Assembly (NCBI GenBank): GCA_963662545.2
Contig: CAXXLL010000002.1
Span: 1,664,001 to 1,728,000, forward strand
DNA length: 64,000 nucleotides
Direction of reading: 5' to 3'
DNA from: Gammaproteobacteria bacterium
GTDB lineage: Bacteria; Pseudomonadota; Gammaproteobacteria; Ga0077536
The position numbers and the translations under genes were made by a program. The notes under the pieces are model-generated. The model saw only the letters and a list, made by a program, of their open reading frames with translations, ran no database searches and was not told the origin of the DNA. Position 1 is the first letter of the stretch. Every line of letters starts with the position of its first letter. Positions 41,749 through 52,516 of the stretch are shown here, in pieces.

Positions 41749-42317
41749 TTACTCGCCGGTCGCCGCCTCGCCTACCACCAGCCCGGATAACCCCGTCGCC
41801 TTCCCAACATCCATCCCACCGGCAACCAGCTCTTGGAATGCTTGCGCACGCCCGGCAAGATCGTGCATGTACAGCTGATCGAAGTTCAGCGCGATCTCGG
41901 TGTCCAACTTGGCCGACAACTCGGCCGCTAACATCTTCCTCAACGACCTTACCGTGCCATGCAAAAACACCCGTTGCGCTTCGCTCTTCGATGTACCGTC
42001 ACTGTCATCGAACATCGCAACGGAACATCCACACGCGGCCAACACGGTCGCGAATGTTTGCTTTGCGATCATCGTCATCGCTTCGGGCGGTTGCGGCCCG
42101 AGTCGCGACGCTTGCCAATCGCGTTGCGGTGCCGACGCGCCCTCACAATATCAGCCTTGAGCGCGGCGAGCGGATCATCGTCGCCGCCGGTGCCGCCGTC
42201 TTGCGGGATCGCGAGTAGTTGCGCGAGCGGCCCTTGCGCTTCGACTAGTCTTACACCAGCGTCGCTAAAGTCGCCGCCGCTATCGCGCTTCGCAGTTTTC
42301 GCCCACGGCCATCTCAT
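41749..42317 (-). pseudogene. Fragmented phage portal-like gene remnant
   Basis: MRWPW...KR N-terminus, a large apparent internal deletion, C-terminal DLAGRAQAFQ.LV.GGM; recognised by resemblance only. Confidence 0.4.
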
Positions 42318-42370
42318 GTAGATTCAAGTGCTGGTTAGCGTGGCCTCAGGCTAATAAGAGGAGCCGTCGT

Positions 42371-43039
42371 ATGACAATTGACGAGGTAATCGTAGCGCGT
42401 ATAAGAGATCTAATTGCGAGAGGCCATGCATTACGATGCGGAAACGAACACGGCCAGGCTCGATCTGAAGGACATGTACAGCATTACCGTGGTTGGCTTG
42501 CCGCTGCTACAAATATAGTTCAGATGCTAATTCATGATCCTCAAGCTGCATATAGGCGAACTTCGGAGCACATAGCAAATCAACACCATGGATTCGTTAT
42601 TCATAATGCAGTCGGAGAAGTAACGATCGTACTAGAAAATCTACTTGAAGACGCTCAATCCGGTCTTGTATCGTCCGTTGCGAATAGCGCTCGCGCAGAA
42701 GTTTTCGATGATTTCCTCGACCATGCGAAATCTTATATGAAGGACGGTAAGAAAAATGAAGCGGGAGTAATCGCCGGAGTCGTGTTCGAAGATTTTGTCC
42801 GTCAAGTTTGCAGAACGGAAGGGATAGCTGACAAAGGCGAGAAATTAGATGACCTAATTACTGCATTGGCAAAATCGAATACCTTGTACGGCACCAAGGC
42901 AAAACGAGCTCGAGTTGCGGCGCATATTCGGACAAAAGCTACGCACGCACAGTGGGACGAGTTCGACGAAAACGACGTAAAAACCGCAATTGAAATTACG
43001 GAAGAACTAATTACTAACCACGTAGACAAACAGGGCTAA
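42371..43039 (+). CDS. HEPN (DUF4145-like) domain protein
   Basis: AGVIAGVVFED, Rx4H motif RTKATH followed by QWDEF; RBS GAGGAG. Confidence 0.7.
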   Translation: MTIDEVIVARIRDLIARGHALRCGNEHGQARSEGHVQHYRGWLAAATNIVQMLIHDPQAAYRRTSEHIANQHHGFVIHNAVGEVTIVLENLLEDAQSGLVSSVANSARAEVFDDFLDHAKSYMKDGKKNEAGVIAGVVFEDFVRQVCRTEGIADKGEKLDDLITALAKSNTLYGTKAKRARVAAHIRTKATHAQWDEFDENDVKTAIEITEELITNHVDKQG

Positions 43040-43237
43040 TAGATCGTTCTAGTGCGCTTCATTGCAAGCGGGTGGTTAAGGCCTATTGCTTTTTTCGACA
43101 GATATGTTTCACCCTATACCAATTTTGTTTCATCAAAGGGATTTGCCTGAAGAAATCTGCTGCTCTTCCCGCCTGTTGCCCGTCATGGCATAAAAACCGG
43201 GTTGTTCAACAGGCCGTCGAAACTTCTACACATTATC

Positions 43238-44281
43238 CTAAGGGATAATAACCCCTCGCCCCACAATGTCCCGGTTTTTAAAGTCTGTAATGGCAGCATT
43301 GATGTTGTCTAAAGCGTATTCCTGGGCGTGAATATTGACCCGCCGCTCTGCGTTAAGCTCCATCAACTCGACCAATTCCATATAGTTCCCCACCAAACAG
43401 CCCGCGACTGCAATCTCGTTGATAATCATATGTGCGGTGGGAATTTTAATTTCACCACCATAGCCGACGATGAAGTGCGTACCTCCCTGGCGCAACATTT
43501 GCCAACACTGTTGTTCAGCTCCCAGCTCACCTACCAAATCAATCACGGCGTGAGCACCGCCTTTGGTCAATTCTTGCACTTCCTCGACAACATTAGGGCC
43601 CCCGTCAAGCACATGCGTTGCCCCAAGGTCTGCCGCCAGTTTGCGTGCCGACTCACTGGTATCAATCGCAATAGTACGGGTTCCACATAACTCGTGCAGC
43701 GACTGCAACGCGATGTGACCCAGGCCCCCAACCCCCAGCACCACACAATATTGACCCGGCGTTAACTGTTTGGCCGCCCGTTTGGCCGCCCGATAGGCGG
43801 TGATGCCAGCATCGGCCATTGGGGCTACGGCCACAGGTAAAACATCTTCGTTAAGCTTGATCAGTGCCCGCTCGTTGGTGAGCACATAATCAGCAAAGCC
43901 ACCGTGGATATTCAGACCGGGAAAGATGCCGTTCTCACAATACATATCCTCACCCCGACGGCACGGATGACAGACACCACAGGTGCGTAAGGGGTGGCAA
44001 ATCACTGCGTCGCCGGGCTTCACCGAGGTGACTCCACTGCCTACCGCCTCGACCCACCCTGCATTTTCGTGACCCATGATGTAGGGCAACAATGCCCCTT
44101 CCGGGTCCATGAGGTCTTTCCAAACGCCTTCGACGATGTGTAAATCGGTCCGACACAATCCGGCTGCACCAACCCGTACAATCACCTCATCAGCGGCTTT
44201 GATGGTTGGATCAGGCACGGTTTCAAGCTTTAACTCAACATTCATCTCTTCGTCGTACTCATACAACATTGCTGCTTTCAT
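43238..44281 (-). CDS. Zinc-dependent NAD(P) alcohol dehydrogenase (MDR)
   Basis: GLCRTDLH, GHE, CxxCxxCx7C, GVGGLG. Confidence 0.92.
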   Translation of the reverse strand: MKAAMLYEYDEEMNVELKLETVPDPTIKAADEVIVRVGAAGLCRTDLHIVEGVWKDLMDPEGALLPYIMGHENAGWVEAVGSGVTSVKPGDAVICHPLRTCGVCHPCRRGEDMYCENGIFPGLNIHGGFADYVLTNERALIKLNEDVLPVAVAPMADAGITAYRAAKRAAKQLTPGQYCVVLGVGGLGHIALQSLHELCGTRTIAIDTSESARKLAADLGATHVLDGGPNVVEEVQELTKGGAHAVIDLVGELGAEQQCWQMLRQGGTHFIVGYGGEIKIPTAHMIINEIAVAGCLVGNYMELVELMELNAERRVNIHAQEYALDNINAAITDFKNRDIVGRGVIIP

Positions 44282-44951
44282 ACTAATACGCTCCTTATCT
44301 GCATTATCAATGCATAGTTAGATTGACTACTTCAGCATCAGTGGGGATGCGGATCAACATGCTGGCCTCCCCTACTGATTCCCTACTTCAGCGCCGGAGC
44401 AAAACACCGCGCGGATCGACGTGCTCGCGGATCACGCTGAACTCTTCGGAGCCCGGCACCGAGGTTTGCGGCACCGCATCGGGAACGCAGTCGTGGATGA
44501 AGCCGGGGTGGTCTTCCAGAACCGTTCCGCTCATTCGTTGACGCACCCCTACTTGAGATTACGGGCGACACCGAAGAGAGCTAATAGCTTCGTGTGTACC
44601 AAGACGCTGAAGCGGCCAAACGCAGGAGCGTGATCGTACCCCTAGACTCGAGCCACGTTTGATGTGGGAGATTGAACATATCAGGCGACTTTCCCGACGA
44701 ACACTTGGGGTGACTATGACGAGCGGCGGCCCGCGGCCATTAGCCGACATCGAGCGGACGTGACTGCATAGTCGATCGGTGAGTGTGAAAACGATGTGGC
44801 TCAGTCAAGCATATGGCAATAAGCTTTTTGGATAATGGAGATGTTTCCGAATCTTTATTGTGTGCGAACCCCTCAAACCGCGCGAACGAGCCGACCGAGA
44901 ATACGGCGCTGGACGGCATTTCGAAATAGCGGACGAGCGGATGGAGCAATC

Positions 44952-45521
44952 ATGTCAAAGCTATCGATTCACGCGAGCTTAGTACTTCTCAGCCTTCTTT
45001 CGCTGTCGAGCGCTATCGCCGTCGATATTTTCAATCAACCGACGACATATCCGAACGTATGTGCAGGCTGTTGGACTTCGCACACGTCGACCGGGAAGAA
45101 CGGATTCCAGGCCTTCGAGAGTTTTGCGCTCTCGAGCACCCAGCGAATGTCCGAGGTGCGTTGGCAAGGCTTGTATTGGGATTCCATCAAGGCAGCGAAT
45201 AATCCGGTGGCGCCTATCACCACGACTTGGGAGATCAGTATTTGGTCCGACGCTGCCGGGGCGCCGGGCGTCCAGCTGTACGTGGAAACGAAACCTTTTG
45301 CGGACGTGTCGTCAATCTTGGTCGGGAACACCGTAATGGATAACGGCGACACCGTTCCTGCGTTCGATTTTTGCCTTTCGTCTGGCAACGCCCTTTTGGG
45401 CATCGGCGGAAACCACTTATTGGGTACCTCCCCGGTCGTTTGGACCGGCCTCCAATGCGATTTTTTCTCGGGGCTCAGGCACTGGCGGGGACGGCACGAC
45501 GTTTCAACTGGCGTATCCTAG
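44952..45521 (+). pseudogene. Secreted protein of PEP-CTERM-cargo type, probably frameshifted
   Basis: Signal peptide; F.LS...I/M..V.WQG.Y and W.ISIWSDAAG.PG motifs; C-terminus looks out of frame. Confidence 0.4.
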
Positions 45522-45707
45522 CGGAAAGACCTTTATACAATCGGGTGACCGCGCCTTGATGTTGGTAGAGTCCGAGTAATCTATCGGCCCTTTGTAGCTA
45601 TTGAGATCGTTGATGACGGGTTTCGGTCTGCACCCCGGTCACATTCGAACCTTCTGGTCTTGGCCATGCCCTTCGATTCCGTCGGTTCGTACTAACCGAG
45701 GAGGGGG

Positions 45708-46370
45708 CTAGTCGGCCGCGAAGCAATACAGGAAGCCTTCTCCGCCGGTGTTCACCAGGTTCTGCTGACTGCAGCCGCGCGATGGATGAGTGGAGTTCCA
45801 CGAGGTGTTGCCGCCCCCGTGCCGATCGTGGTGGCCTACCTGCGCGCTACCTTTGCCGTCTTCCGAACTCGTCCAGTTACTGCAGGTATGGTCGCCTTTC
45901 TCCCACGGAAAGTAGGCCGTGCCGTCGTCCTTGGAACCTGTCAGGATGTCGTGTTTGTTTGGCTTGTCACCGCGCCCGTTGACCAAATTGCCGTTTTCAT
46001 CCAGCGCTGTGCGTTTGACGATGTTGGGGCCCAGGTGCAGTTGGTCGAGGTCGCTGGCGATCAATTCGCCGCGTGCGTTATACCAGGGGCCTTTGCCGAT
46101 CCGGTCGCGCGCGGATTTACCGTATGCTTTGCCGTCGGGTGATTGTGTGCTCAGGTAGGCGCGCCACTCCCGTGCTTTGGAACCGGCAGCTTCGGCCAAC
46201 TTGGCGCAGTGTGCGTCGGCCCCTTCGAGCCCGCCGAGGTCACCGCCTTTGCCGATACTAACGCTGGTCACGAAAAAGCCCATAGAGTGATCGGCCGCGC
46301 TCGTAGTACCCGTCACCATCAGTAGTCCGGCGACAATCACTATTGTTGTGGCGGTTTCTGCGATTTTCAT
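45708..46370 (-). CDS. Secreted lectin-like (endostatin/C-type-lectin fold) protein
   Basis: Signal peptide; GDLGGLEGADAHC..LA, WRAYLS, ARDRIG.GPW, HDILTG, LYCFA. Confidence 0.75.
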   Translation of the reverse strand: MKIAETATTIVIVAGLLMVTGTTSAADHSMGFFVTSVSIGKGGDLGGLEGADAHCAKLAEAAGSKAREWRAYLSTQSPDGKAYGKSARDRIGKGPWYNARGELIASDLDQLHLGPNIVKRTALDENGNLVNGRGDKPNKHDILTGSKDDGTAYFPWEKGDHTCSNWTSSEDGKGSAQVGHHDRHGGGNTSWNSTHPSRGCSQQNLVNTGGEGFLYCFAAD

Positions 46371-46939
46371 TTCGGTTTCCTCCTGAAATACGGCGCTCAT
46401 TGGACACTGCAGTTTCAGTCTGCGAACGCACAATTCTAGAGCGTGGGTGACTACCGGTCAACGGACCAATTCTGTAAAGTAACTGTGCAAAAACTCACAG
46501 GTGTGGCTCCCGAAAAAGAGGTCGTTTCGACGAGCGCTACATCTTGACGCGCAGGTTCTGCTTATAGTAGAGCGGCCCCGAGGTCAGACGGGTTGCGGGC
46601 CGAGGCGGATGCCGGAAAGTCGGTCTACTCATTGCCGGTTAGAGTGCAGGCTTCTTAACCCTGTTCCCCGTCCTCGGGAGGCGAAAAATCCTCTGCCCAG
46701 AATTTCTTCCGCGCCCACAACCACACCTACCAGGACGCGGCCATCCAGAACGTGAAGGCGAGTGCTACTGGGATCGGATTTGACTCGGGAGCGCCAAGAG
46801 CGAGCCACAGACCAAACGACACGCCGATTAAGTTCGATTGTGCGTGCCCGCTCGATTCTATCGTCGACAAGCGCGGTCGCGAACGAGCCGGGGAGTGGCT
46901 AAAATCGTCGTCCGTCTATTCAGAGCCAAGGGAGGTCCC

Positions 46940-47326
46940 ATGAACAAGAAACATGTGCCCGACACGATCGCGCCGCCGATCGCCGCCTATAGCCACGGCA
47001 TTGAGATCCCGCCGAACTCGCGAATCCTGCACACCGCGGGGCAGGTAGGCATATTGCCTGACGGCACAACACCTGAGGGAATCGAGGCGCAGACTGATGC
47101 CGCCTGGACCAATCTCATAGCCATTCTGGCGTCAGCCGGTATGGGGATCGATGATGTCGTCAAGGTCGTAACCTACGTGACGAGCGAGGAGGACTTCTGG
47201 CCGATGGCGCAGACCCGCGCCAAATTCTGGGGTGATGCGCGGCCCGCTTCGACAGGCATTATCGTCAAGGCGCTGGCCAAACCGGAATGGGTGGTCGAGG
47301 TCGATCTCGTCGCCGCCAAAGCCTGA
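46940..47326 (+). CDS. RidA/Rid family protein
   Basis: YSHG, AGQVG, RPAST, VEVD; RBS GGAGG. Confidence 0.9.
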   Translation: MNKKHVPDTIAPPIAAYSHGIEIPPNSRILHTAGQVGILPDGTTPEGIEAQTDAAWTNLIAILASAGMGIDDVVKVVTYVTSEEDFWPMAQTRAKFWGDARPASTGIIVKALAKPEWVVEVDLVAAKA

Positions 47327-47590
47327 ACTCGAACCCACGTTACGCGCTGTAGGACGGGCGCCGGCCCGCCTTGAGTCGCGTGCTATCGGCAGGTGGCCTA
47401 ACGACGTTTGCTCAGAACTCGTTCTTCCTGAGCTGATCGGCGACGTATTCGGCTTGGCGGATGGCGAGCCTCACGATCGTCAGCGTTGCACGAGGTGCCG
47501 CTCGCGGAGATCAGCTTCATCGATCCCGACGCGGGCGAGAGCTTTACCGGTCAACGCCACCGAGATTTGATTAGCGCTATTCATAACAAT

Positions 47591-47686
47591 TCATTTCGGC
47601 ATCGCGACGAAGCCGAATAAGCCCATTACAGCCGTGGCGAGCAGAGGGAGTGCGGCGGGGACGGGAACGGCGCTTGCCGTAGTGCT
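47591..47686 (-). pseudogene. Orphan VPLPA/PEP-CTERM-type sorting tail
   Basis: Minus strand reads STTASAVPVPAALPLLATAVMGLFGFVAMPK*. Confidence 0.6.
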
Positions 47687-47788
47687 ATTCTCGAATCCGA
47701 TTCAAAAATATTCACTTAATTAACTATCCGCTTTTCTGGGACCAGATCAGTCGGACCCCTGAAGCGGATCCATTCGAGGGGGCGATCA

Positions 47789-49213
47789 ATGAGCAACCCG
47801 GCCAGTCCTCAATCCGCTCTTGAGTGCGATCTGCTGCTTACGGGCGGCGCGGTGGTAACGATGGACGACGAACGCAGGGTCTTGGAGCCGGGCACGGTCG
47901 CCGTGAAGGGCGAAGCGATCACCGCCGTCGGAACGCCGGGAGAGTTCGACGGGTACCGGGCGCGGCGGACGATCGACTGCAGCGGGAAAGCGGTGATACC
48001 CGGCTTCGTCGACTGTCACAACCACTTCTTCCAGACGCTCGGCCGCGGGATCGGCGAAGGCATGCCACTCCTGCCGTGGCTCTCACAGTTCATGTGGCCC
48101 TACGCTTCACACGCGACGACTGCCGACGTGCGGGCGGCCGCCTGGCTGGCCGCCGTCGAGGCCGTCAGGACGGGGACGACCTTCGTGCTCGACAACCACT
48201 ACTCGCCGACCGATCTGGACAGCGTTCTCGCCGTAGTCGACGCGATAGCCGACGTCGGCCTCCGTGGGGTCGTGGCGCGCGGCGTCAACGGGCCGATGAA
48301 CGACGTGGCCCGCGGCCAGGGATTACTGGAGACGATGTATCCATACTCCGCGTCCGAAGAGCTCGACATCACGCGGGACTGCCTGCGCGCCCGCCCGCCC
48401 GGCAGCCCCGTGACCGTGTGGCCGGCGCCGCTCATCATGACGTTCGTCGACCAGTCCTTGACGCTCGACTGCATCGCCCTGGCGCGCGAGTTCGGCACGC
48501 ATTGGCACACGCATTGTTCAGAGACGCGCGACGACCCGGAGATCTTTCTCGACGCATACGGGGTTCGTCCCGCCGACTGGCTCTACGAGGAAGGCGTCCT
48601 CGACGCCCGAACGACGCTCGCGCACGGGATCTGGTTCGACGACCGCGAGATAGAGCGGCTCGGCGAAGCGCGGGTGGGCATCGTCTACAACCCGATCTCC
48701 AATCAGTACCTGGCCTCGGGATCGATTCGCCTGCAGGCCCTGCAGCAGGCGGGCGCGGTCGTCGGCCTGGGAACCGACGGCGTCGCTTGCACCGGCCGTC
48801 AGGACATGTTCGAGACCATGAAGCAAGCCATCCTCCTGCAGCGCGTGAGCACGCTGGATCCCGAGTCCTGCAGCAGCGAGAACGCCCTGGAGATGGCGAC
48901 GGTCGAAGGTGCTCGCATGTGCGGCATCAACGCGGGGGCACTTGCGCCGGGAAAGAATGCGGATCTGGCCGTTGTTCGGCTCGATCGGCCCCACGCGACG
49001 CCGCTCAACAGGACGGTGGCGACTCTGACGTACGCCGCGCGCTCGGACGACGTACAGATGACGGTGATTGGAGGCCGCATCGTCTACGAGAACGGCCGCT
49101 GCACGCTCGTCGACGAGGAGGAGATCCGGTCCGAGGCCCAGCGCAGATGCGACGATCTGGTAGGGCGTGCCGGAATCGGGCATCTACGAACGCCTTGGAG
49201 AGGTACGGCGTGA
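47789..49213 (+). CDS. Amidohydrolase family protein (MTA/SAH deaminase or chlorohydrolase-like)
   Basis: PGFVDCHNH, HTHCSE, LAHG, LGTDG, GALAPGK.AD. Confidence 0.9.
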   Translation: MSNPASPQSALECDLLLTGGAVVTMDDERRVLEPGTVAVKGEAITAVGTPGEFDGYRARRTIDCSGKAVIPGFVDCHNHFFQTLGRGIGEGMPLLPWLSQFMWPYASHATTADVRAAAWLAAVEAVRTGTTFVLDNHYSPTDLDSVLAVVDAIADVGLRGVVARGVNGPMNDVARGQGLLETMYPYSASEELDITRDCLRARPPGSPVTVWPAPLIMTFVDQSLTLDCIALAREFGTHWHTHCSETRDDPEIFLDAYGVRPADWLYEEGVLDARTTLAHGIWFDDREIERLGEARVGIVYNPISNQYLASGSIRLQALQQAGAVVGLGTDGVACTGRQDMFETMKQAILLQRVSTLDPESCSSENALEMATVEGARMCGINAGALAPGKNADLAVVRLDRPHATPLNRTVATLTYAARSDDVQMTVIGGRIVYENGRCTLVDEEEIRSEAQRRCDDLVGRAGIGHLRTPWRGTA

Positions 49214-49391
49214 GTCGGCTGCGCAAGCGGTACGTCCCATTTGTAGGTTGGGGTGGAAGCGCAGCGCAACCCCGACACGTCCTCGACAATCGGGGAAAGG
49301 GAATCGGTGTCACACGTATGCGACCAGTTCTGTTGACGATTACGCTCCTCACTTTGAGTAACGAGAATGTGGCCTGTCGCGTTTGGTTCCG

Positions 49392-49458
49392 GTGAGTAGC
49401 CCGGGGGATTTCACCCCGAGGCCCTCGTAGAACCGGACGTGAACGTCTCCGTTCATCC
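49392..49458 (-). ncRNA. Group II intron 3' remnant (part of domain V plus domain VI)
   Basis: Minus strand GGATGAACGGAGACGTTCACGTCCGGTTCT-ACGAGGGCCTCGGGGTGAAATCCCCCGGGCTACTCAC; the start of domain V lies at 51081-51095. Confidence 0.85.
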
Positions 49459-51080
49459 TATTGTGTTGAAAAACGTCGGTTGAAACCGGAGTTGCACGTG
49501 AGATGCTGGAAGTTCGTCGGGTTAGCGAACCCGTTTTGGGTTTGTTCGTCGGCTCGGTGGCCGATTGTTGTTGGTTATCGGGTCAAATCCGTTAAGCGAG
49601 CACACCCATCCCACAGGGTGGCGAGCGACTTACCAGTTTGGCGAGCTTTCGAAGGTTCTGGGCAGTCGCGGCTAACAGAAACTCATCCTGTGCGCCGCTC
49701 AAGCCGCGTAATCGCAGGCGGTCCAGTTTCAGAATGCGCTTGAGATGCGCGAACAACATCTCGACCTTCTTGCGGTCGTTGCGTGACTGCGCGTAAGCCT
49801 CGGTGGTTGCGAGTGCCCGGACCCGGTCACGAGCGTCCTCGTGAATAGAGCGGTGGATCTTTCGAGCCGGTTCCTTCGGGCAGCACTGGTCTTTCAACAA
49901 GCAGTGGCCACAGTCGGATTGGCTCGCACGATAGATGATGGTGTTGGCTTTCGTGACACCGGTACGCTTGTTTTTGAACTGGCGTCGATTGCGCCTGAGC
50001 GACTTGCCGTCTGGACACAGATAACAGTCCGCTTCAGGCTTCCAGGTAAACTCAGAGCGACCGAACTGACCCTCCTTGCCCGCGGATTTATCCATCACCG
50101 GAACGTGTGGGGTAATTTGTTTCTCTTCAACTAACCAGCCGAGCATCTGTGCATTGCCGTACGCCGTGTCACCGGCGAGGTGCTCAGGTTTAACCCCGAA
50201 ACGTTTCTCAGTGTGGTCAATCATCGTACGGGCTGCTTGTGCCTCCTCGCTCAGCGTGGACGGCGAGGCTTCGACACCAACGATAATCGCCGAGTCGATG
50301 TCGATAAGATAGTTAGTCGAATAGGAGTAGTTCGCTGGCCCGCCGGGCGCCGAGGTCCAACACGATGCCGGGTCGGTCAGTGAAATCGCTTTGCGTGTTG
50401 CTTCATGGGCACGCACCACCTGCTCATCATTATCCAGTGCGTCGAGATACTCGCGTACCGCTCGGGTCTTGCGTCCTGGTCGTTCCCACTTGATGCCTTC
50501 CTTACCCGAGAACCCACGTTTACGATTTGCGTCGGCCTTAATGAGGCTCGCGTCTACCGCGAAACCTTCGCCTCCCACCAACCCTTCAGCCATACAACGC
50601 TCAACCACCGACTCAAACACGAACCGAAACAGCTCACAATCGCGGTACCGGCCATGCCGATTCTTCGAAAACGTCGAGTGCTCGGGCACCTGGTCTTCCA
50701 GACCCAGCCGACAGAACCAACGATAGGCCAAATTAAGATGAACCTCTTCGCACAGCCGGCGCTCCGAGCGGATACCAAAGCAGTAACCCACCAGCAGCAT
50801 GCGAATCATCAACTCCGGATCAATCGAAGGACGACCCATGTCACTATAGTAAGGTGCGAGGTGTTGACGTATCTGGCTGAAGTCGAGGAAGCGGTCAAGC
50901 GCACGCAGTACATGCTTCTCAGGCACGTGCTGCTCAATGCAGAACTCATAAAACAGTTGATTTTGACCCGCCGGCAGTCGTCCCATCATCGACGCGTCTC
51001 TCCGCGAAAAGGGGTACGCGGGATCTGATCAATGAATTGCCCGATAGTTCCCTGTTGTGAGCGACTTTTTCAACACAATA
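49459..51080 (-). mobile_element. IS1182 family element with 4-bp target duplication ATCC
   Basis: IRs TATTGTGTTGAAAAA and TTTTTCAACACAATA; ATCC at 49455-49458 and 51081-51084. Confidence 0.9.
49592..50989 (-). CDS. IS1182 family transposase
   Basis: GRPSIDPE, IRSERRLC, PEHSTF, GDTAYG, RKKVEMLFAHLK. Confidence 0.9.
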   Translation of the reverse strand: MMGRLPAGQNQLFYEFCIEQHVPEKHVLRALDRFLDFSQIRQHLAPYYSDMGRPSIDPELMIRMLLVGYCFGIRSERRLCEEVHLNLAYRWFCRLGLEDQVPEHSTFSKNRHGRYRDCELFRFVFESVVERCMAEGLVGGEGFAVDASLIKADANRKRGFSGKEGIKWERPGRKTRAVREYLDALDNDEQVVRAHEATRKAISLTDPASCWTSAPGGPANYSYSTNYLIDIDSAIIVGVEASPSTLSEEAQAARTMIDHTEKRFGVKPEHLAGDTAYGNAQMLGWLVEEKQITPHVPVMDKSAGKEGQFGRSEFTWKPEADCYLCPDGKSLRRNRRQFKNKRTGVTKANTIIYRASQSDCGHCLLKDQCCPKEPARKIHRSIHEDARDRVRALATTEAYAQSRNDRKKVEMLFAHLKRILKLDRLRLRGLSGAQDEFLLAATAQNLRKLAKLVSRSPPCGMGVLA

Positions 51081-51129
51081 ATCCGACTCCCGTCATTCAG
51101 CCAGGATGGTATTTCCGCACTTGGAAATA

Positions 51130-52516
51130 GAGTTATTGTCAAAAGTGGTGTTCAGGCGGTTGAATCAAGCGGCGACCTGATTGACCCTTGTCACCTCGAT
51201 ACCATCTTCAAATTTAACTCCAGTAATCACCTTGGCCAGATAGTCGAATCCACGTAGGCGTCGCCAATTCTTCTGCGCACACCGCCCCAGCTTGAACATC
51301 ATATGGAGCATGCCGTCCCGAGAGAGACAGCCCTTGGAGCGCCGGGTCCGGTGCCGGATCGTAGCGAAGGTGGATTCAATCGGATTGCTCGTGCGAATGC
51401 TTTGCCAATGCGGTGCCGGAAAATCATAGAACACCAGCAACTCCTCACGGTCTTTCTGTAGGCACAGGGTCGCCTTGGGATACTTCGGTTCATAGGTCTT
51501 GAGGAACAGCTCGAACGCCTTCTCGGCGTCGGCCTTTGTCGCGGCCTGCCAGATCGCGTGCAGGGCTTGCCTGGCTTTGGCCTGTGCCGACTTCGGTAGG
51601 CAGTTCAGCACCGTTCATCGTCTTGTGCATCCAGCAGCGTTGCTGGCGGGTCTCACCGTAGACTTCCTCCAGTGCGGCCCAGAAGCCCATGGCACCGTCC
51701 TCGATCGCCAGCTTGGGAATATTCATCCCGCGTGACTTCAATTTCAGCAACACCTCGCGCCAGCTCTGCGTGGACTCCCGCACACCATCCTCCATCGCCA
51801 AAAAACGCTTCTCACCTCGCGCATTTACGCCGATCACCACCAACGCACACAGCTTCGTGTGCTCCGCCCGCAGGCCACTGTAGACACCGTCCGCCCACAC
51901 ATACACCCAGCGGTCTTGGTCCAATCGCCCCTCGCACCAGTCGCGGTATTCTTGCGCCCACACCTGCTTCAAGCGCGACACTGTGCTCGCCGACAGGCCC
52001 TTCGCCTGCGGCCCCAACAAAACTTCCAGCGCAGCGCCCATTTCGCCACTGGAAACGCCCTTCAAATACAGCCACGGCACGGCCGCCTCCAAGGTTCTTG
52101 TCTTGCGCACATACGGCGGCACCAGCGCTGAACGGAAGGTCACCGGCTCGCCGAGCTTCGAACGAACCTTCGGTATCCTCACCGTCACCGGCCCCAAGCC
52201 CGTCTGCAACTGTCGCTCCGGCAAATAGCCGTTCCGAACGACACCCGCTTTGTCGTCCGCCGTGCGATGGCTTGAATACTGCGCCAAATACTCTGCCAGC
52301 TCGCTTTCAACTGCTCGCTCAATCAGCGCCCGTGCACCGTTTCTCAAAACCTCCGTCAACGGATCTGAAATTCCTCCTCGACCTGATATTTCAACAACGT
52401 TACTCTCTCTCATGGTGGCGTATCCTCTTTGGTTGGCTTGCTGCTTGGTAACAACATTTCAACCAGATACGCCGCCTTTCTTCAACTATCTCAAACACCA
52501 GATTCCGTTATAACTC
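51130..52516 (-). mobile_element. IS256 family element, transposase frameshifted near 51610
   Basis: IRs GAGTTATTGTCAAAAGTGGTGTT and AACACCAGATTCCGTTATAACTC; WADG, DGAMGF, QQRCWMH, IRTSNPIES. Confidence 0.9.

Noticed and set aside
42330-43085. Possible integron attC sites around the HEPN ORF (GTTAGC upstream, GGCTAAT...GTTAAGG downstream)
   Set aside because: Core boxes imperfect, span too short, no convincing L-box pairing, no integrase in window
46621-46680. tRNA-like D-arm and anticodon-like stem (CTCATTGCCGGTTAGAGTGCAGGCTTCTTAACCCTG)
   Set aside because: No T-arm GTTCRA and no acceptor stem
47824-49395. 523-aa alternative-frame ORF over the amidohydrolase
   Set aside because: Arg/Gly-rich shadow frame typical of high-GC DNA
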